This document shows positions 62,369-64,000 of a stretch of DNA of 64,000 nt, in pieces. The first letter of the stretch is position 1; every line of letters starts with the position of its first letter. The notes under the pieces are model-generated. The model was not told the DNA's origin and searched no databases. It saw only the letters and a program-made list of their open reading frames with translations. Both the position numbers and the translations under genes were made by a program. Source of the DNA: Raillietiella orientalis (lineage: Eukaryota); contig JAYWIR010000075.1 of assembly GCA_036172245.1 (NCBI GenBank), positions 1 through 64,000 on the forward strand, read 5' to 3'.

Positions 62369-64000
62369 AGTTGCCACCCGGTCACGCCGGGGCGTTTATT
62401 AAAAATTCTCTTTGATTCGTGGTACGAGGCCCCACTACGGCCAACTCAACTGGACCTGCCGGGTCGCCGGTACGCAGACCGGCGCGACTCTCCTCGGCAG
62501 CGGAAGGGGGTGGGGGAAAAAACAAAAAGAAAAATAAAACATAAAAACAAAAAGATTTAGGAGGATTGGGGAGGGATCACTGACCACTGGGAGGAGGGTC
62601 CATCCTTCGCAGGATGCCCTCGAGGTCCGTCCGTATAATTCCCAAGTGGGGCCATCTGGTCACAATCCGCAGGTAGCGGACTGCAAGTACGACTGCATCC
62701 CTGTCGTGGCTCGGTCTTCCGACGTTGCTCCAGCACGTCACAATCCCGCGTACGCAGCAAAGTGCAGCCAGGGTAGCGGCTGGACGCAGGGCATCATGCA
62801 CGAACAGAAGCCGAAAAACGTCTCTGGGCTGGCTGCCCTCCTGGATTCGTAGGGAGGCACGAAGACGTTCCCACAGGGGTCGGAGGGCAGCACAATCAAC
62901 AAGGAGGTGGGGGAGAGTTTCCCGTTCCCCACACCTGATGCAGGTAGGATCTACTCGACCCCTGGTCCAGTGGTGGCGGCGTGCGTTGCAGGGTAGACCC
63001 CAATGCAACAACAGAAGCGCCGACTCCTGCCACTTCAGGGGGAGGATCCTAGAACCAATTAATACCGGAACCACTTCAGGTCATCCGGCTGGATGCCGAG
63101 TAGCTCGCCCCATCTCTGAAGTCCTCTTGGCTGGACACTGGGGGTACTGGCGTCCGCCAGTTCACCCGTGGCCCAGCCGCTGATCAACTTCTCCTTGCCT
63201 GCGATGCGGCAGGAGACTTGCCACCTAGGCTTGCGGCTGCTGGAGAGCGCCCTCCTCAGGAAGGGCATCGCCGTAGCTAGGGGGGTTGTCTCTGCCCACG
63301 TGCTTCTCGCGGGACACTGGAGTATCTTCCGCAGAGTGCAGCGGGAATAGGCGCCGCGTCGCAGGCAGTTCCACATCTCTCCGTTCTTCTGGTTTATCTT
63401 CGCCCACGTGCCAGCTGTCTCCTGCAGGCATGCGGAGGAGTTGGCGGGGCTGCATACCATCCAGCCGTTTTCCTTAGCCAGAGTTGCCATGCGTCCCAGG
63501 AGAAGTCCGCATCTCTTGATCTTCCTGCCACGGCACAGAAGATAGGACGCGAGACCCTCCGTCCCGGATACACGGCTGGCAAGGAGTCGGGCCGGAACGC
63601 ACCAAGGGGTGCTCCATAACTTCGCTGCGATGGCGAGGGTTCGCCACCGCAGCTGAATCTCTACTCGCTCCATCGTCAAGAGGCCGAGACCGCCATCCCG
63701 ACGTGGAGCACACAAGTCCTTCACCGGGACTCGGGGCCTCCCTCTTCCCCAAAGGGCAATTCTCAGGAGGTCCTTTGTCCGTTTTTTCAACTCTCTGGGG
63801 ACGGGGCAAACAAAAAGCAGGGGGCGGAGGATAGGAGCCGCGAACGCGTTCCATACCGCGGCCCGTTCCGGAAGAAGAAACTTGTCTTCCAGAAACGGGC
63901 CGATCGCCGTTTCCACTTTTTGGAGGCAGCCGGACCACGCTTTTGCAGGGGAGTAGTCCCGCAACGGCACACCAAGGTACTTCAAGCACCTCGCCGAGGG
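62369..64000 (-). mobile_element. LINE family G (B-related), 3' part of ORF2 and 3' end; continues out of the window
   Basis: KYLG..CIRC..H...C, stop at 62577; AATAAA and hairpin at 62400-62377. Confidence 0.9.

Noticed and set aside
1..64000. Many overlapping antisense and alternative-frame ORFs in the LINE clusters
   Set aside because: Expected from GC-rich, stop-poor sequence; no independent protein motifs.

Overview
Eukaryotic (metazoan-type) DNA with three blocks. (1) 1-14.0 kb and (3) 38.2-64 kb are GC-rich clusters made almost entirely of nested non-LTR retrotransposons of the L1/Tx1 type: gag-like ORF1 with CCHC knuckles, and ORF2 with APE endonuclease, RT and a C-terminal Zn finger. 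They belong to several divergent families, which I label A-I and X for reference only. (2) 14.0-38.2 kb is AT-rich host DNA carrying a multi-exon LYST (Chediak-Higashi, BEACH-WD40) gene on the minus strand, plus one truncated family-E copy. The main observation is that the nesting looks non-random. Family A sits three times, antisense, at the same nucleotide of the RT 'KAFDC' motif in three different host families. Family B sits twice at the same base of family A ORF1. Family E is twice attached to the same family A ORF1 site. In all five A/B insertions the element contributes a DPE-like GGACGTG 13 nt inside its 5' end, and the target contributes an Inr-like CA(+1)G at exactly +1/+28 spacing. 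The families also share a TAATG/TGATG stop-start inside a GNRA hairpin, a 3' AATAAA-CCCGG-N5-CCGGG terminal hairpin instead of poly(A), and an endonuclease that appears to lack the usual target-recognition loop. One element (C) has an intact 1197-aa ORF2. All boundaries were read by eye; no database searches were run.
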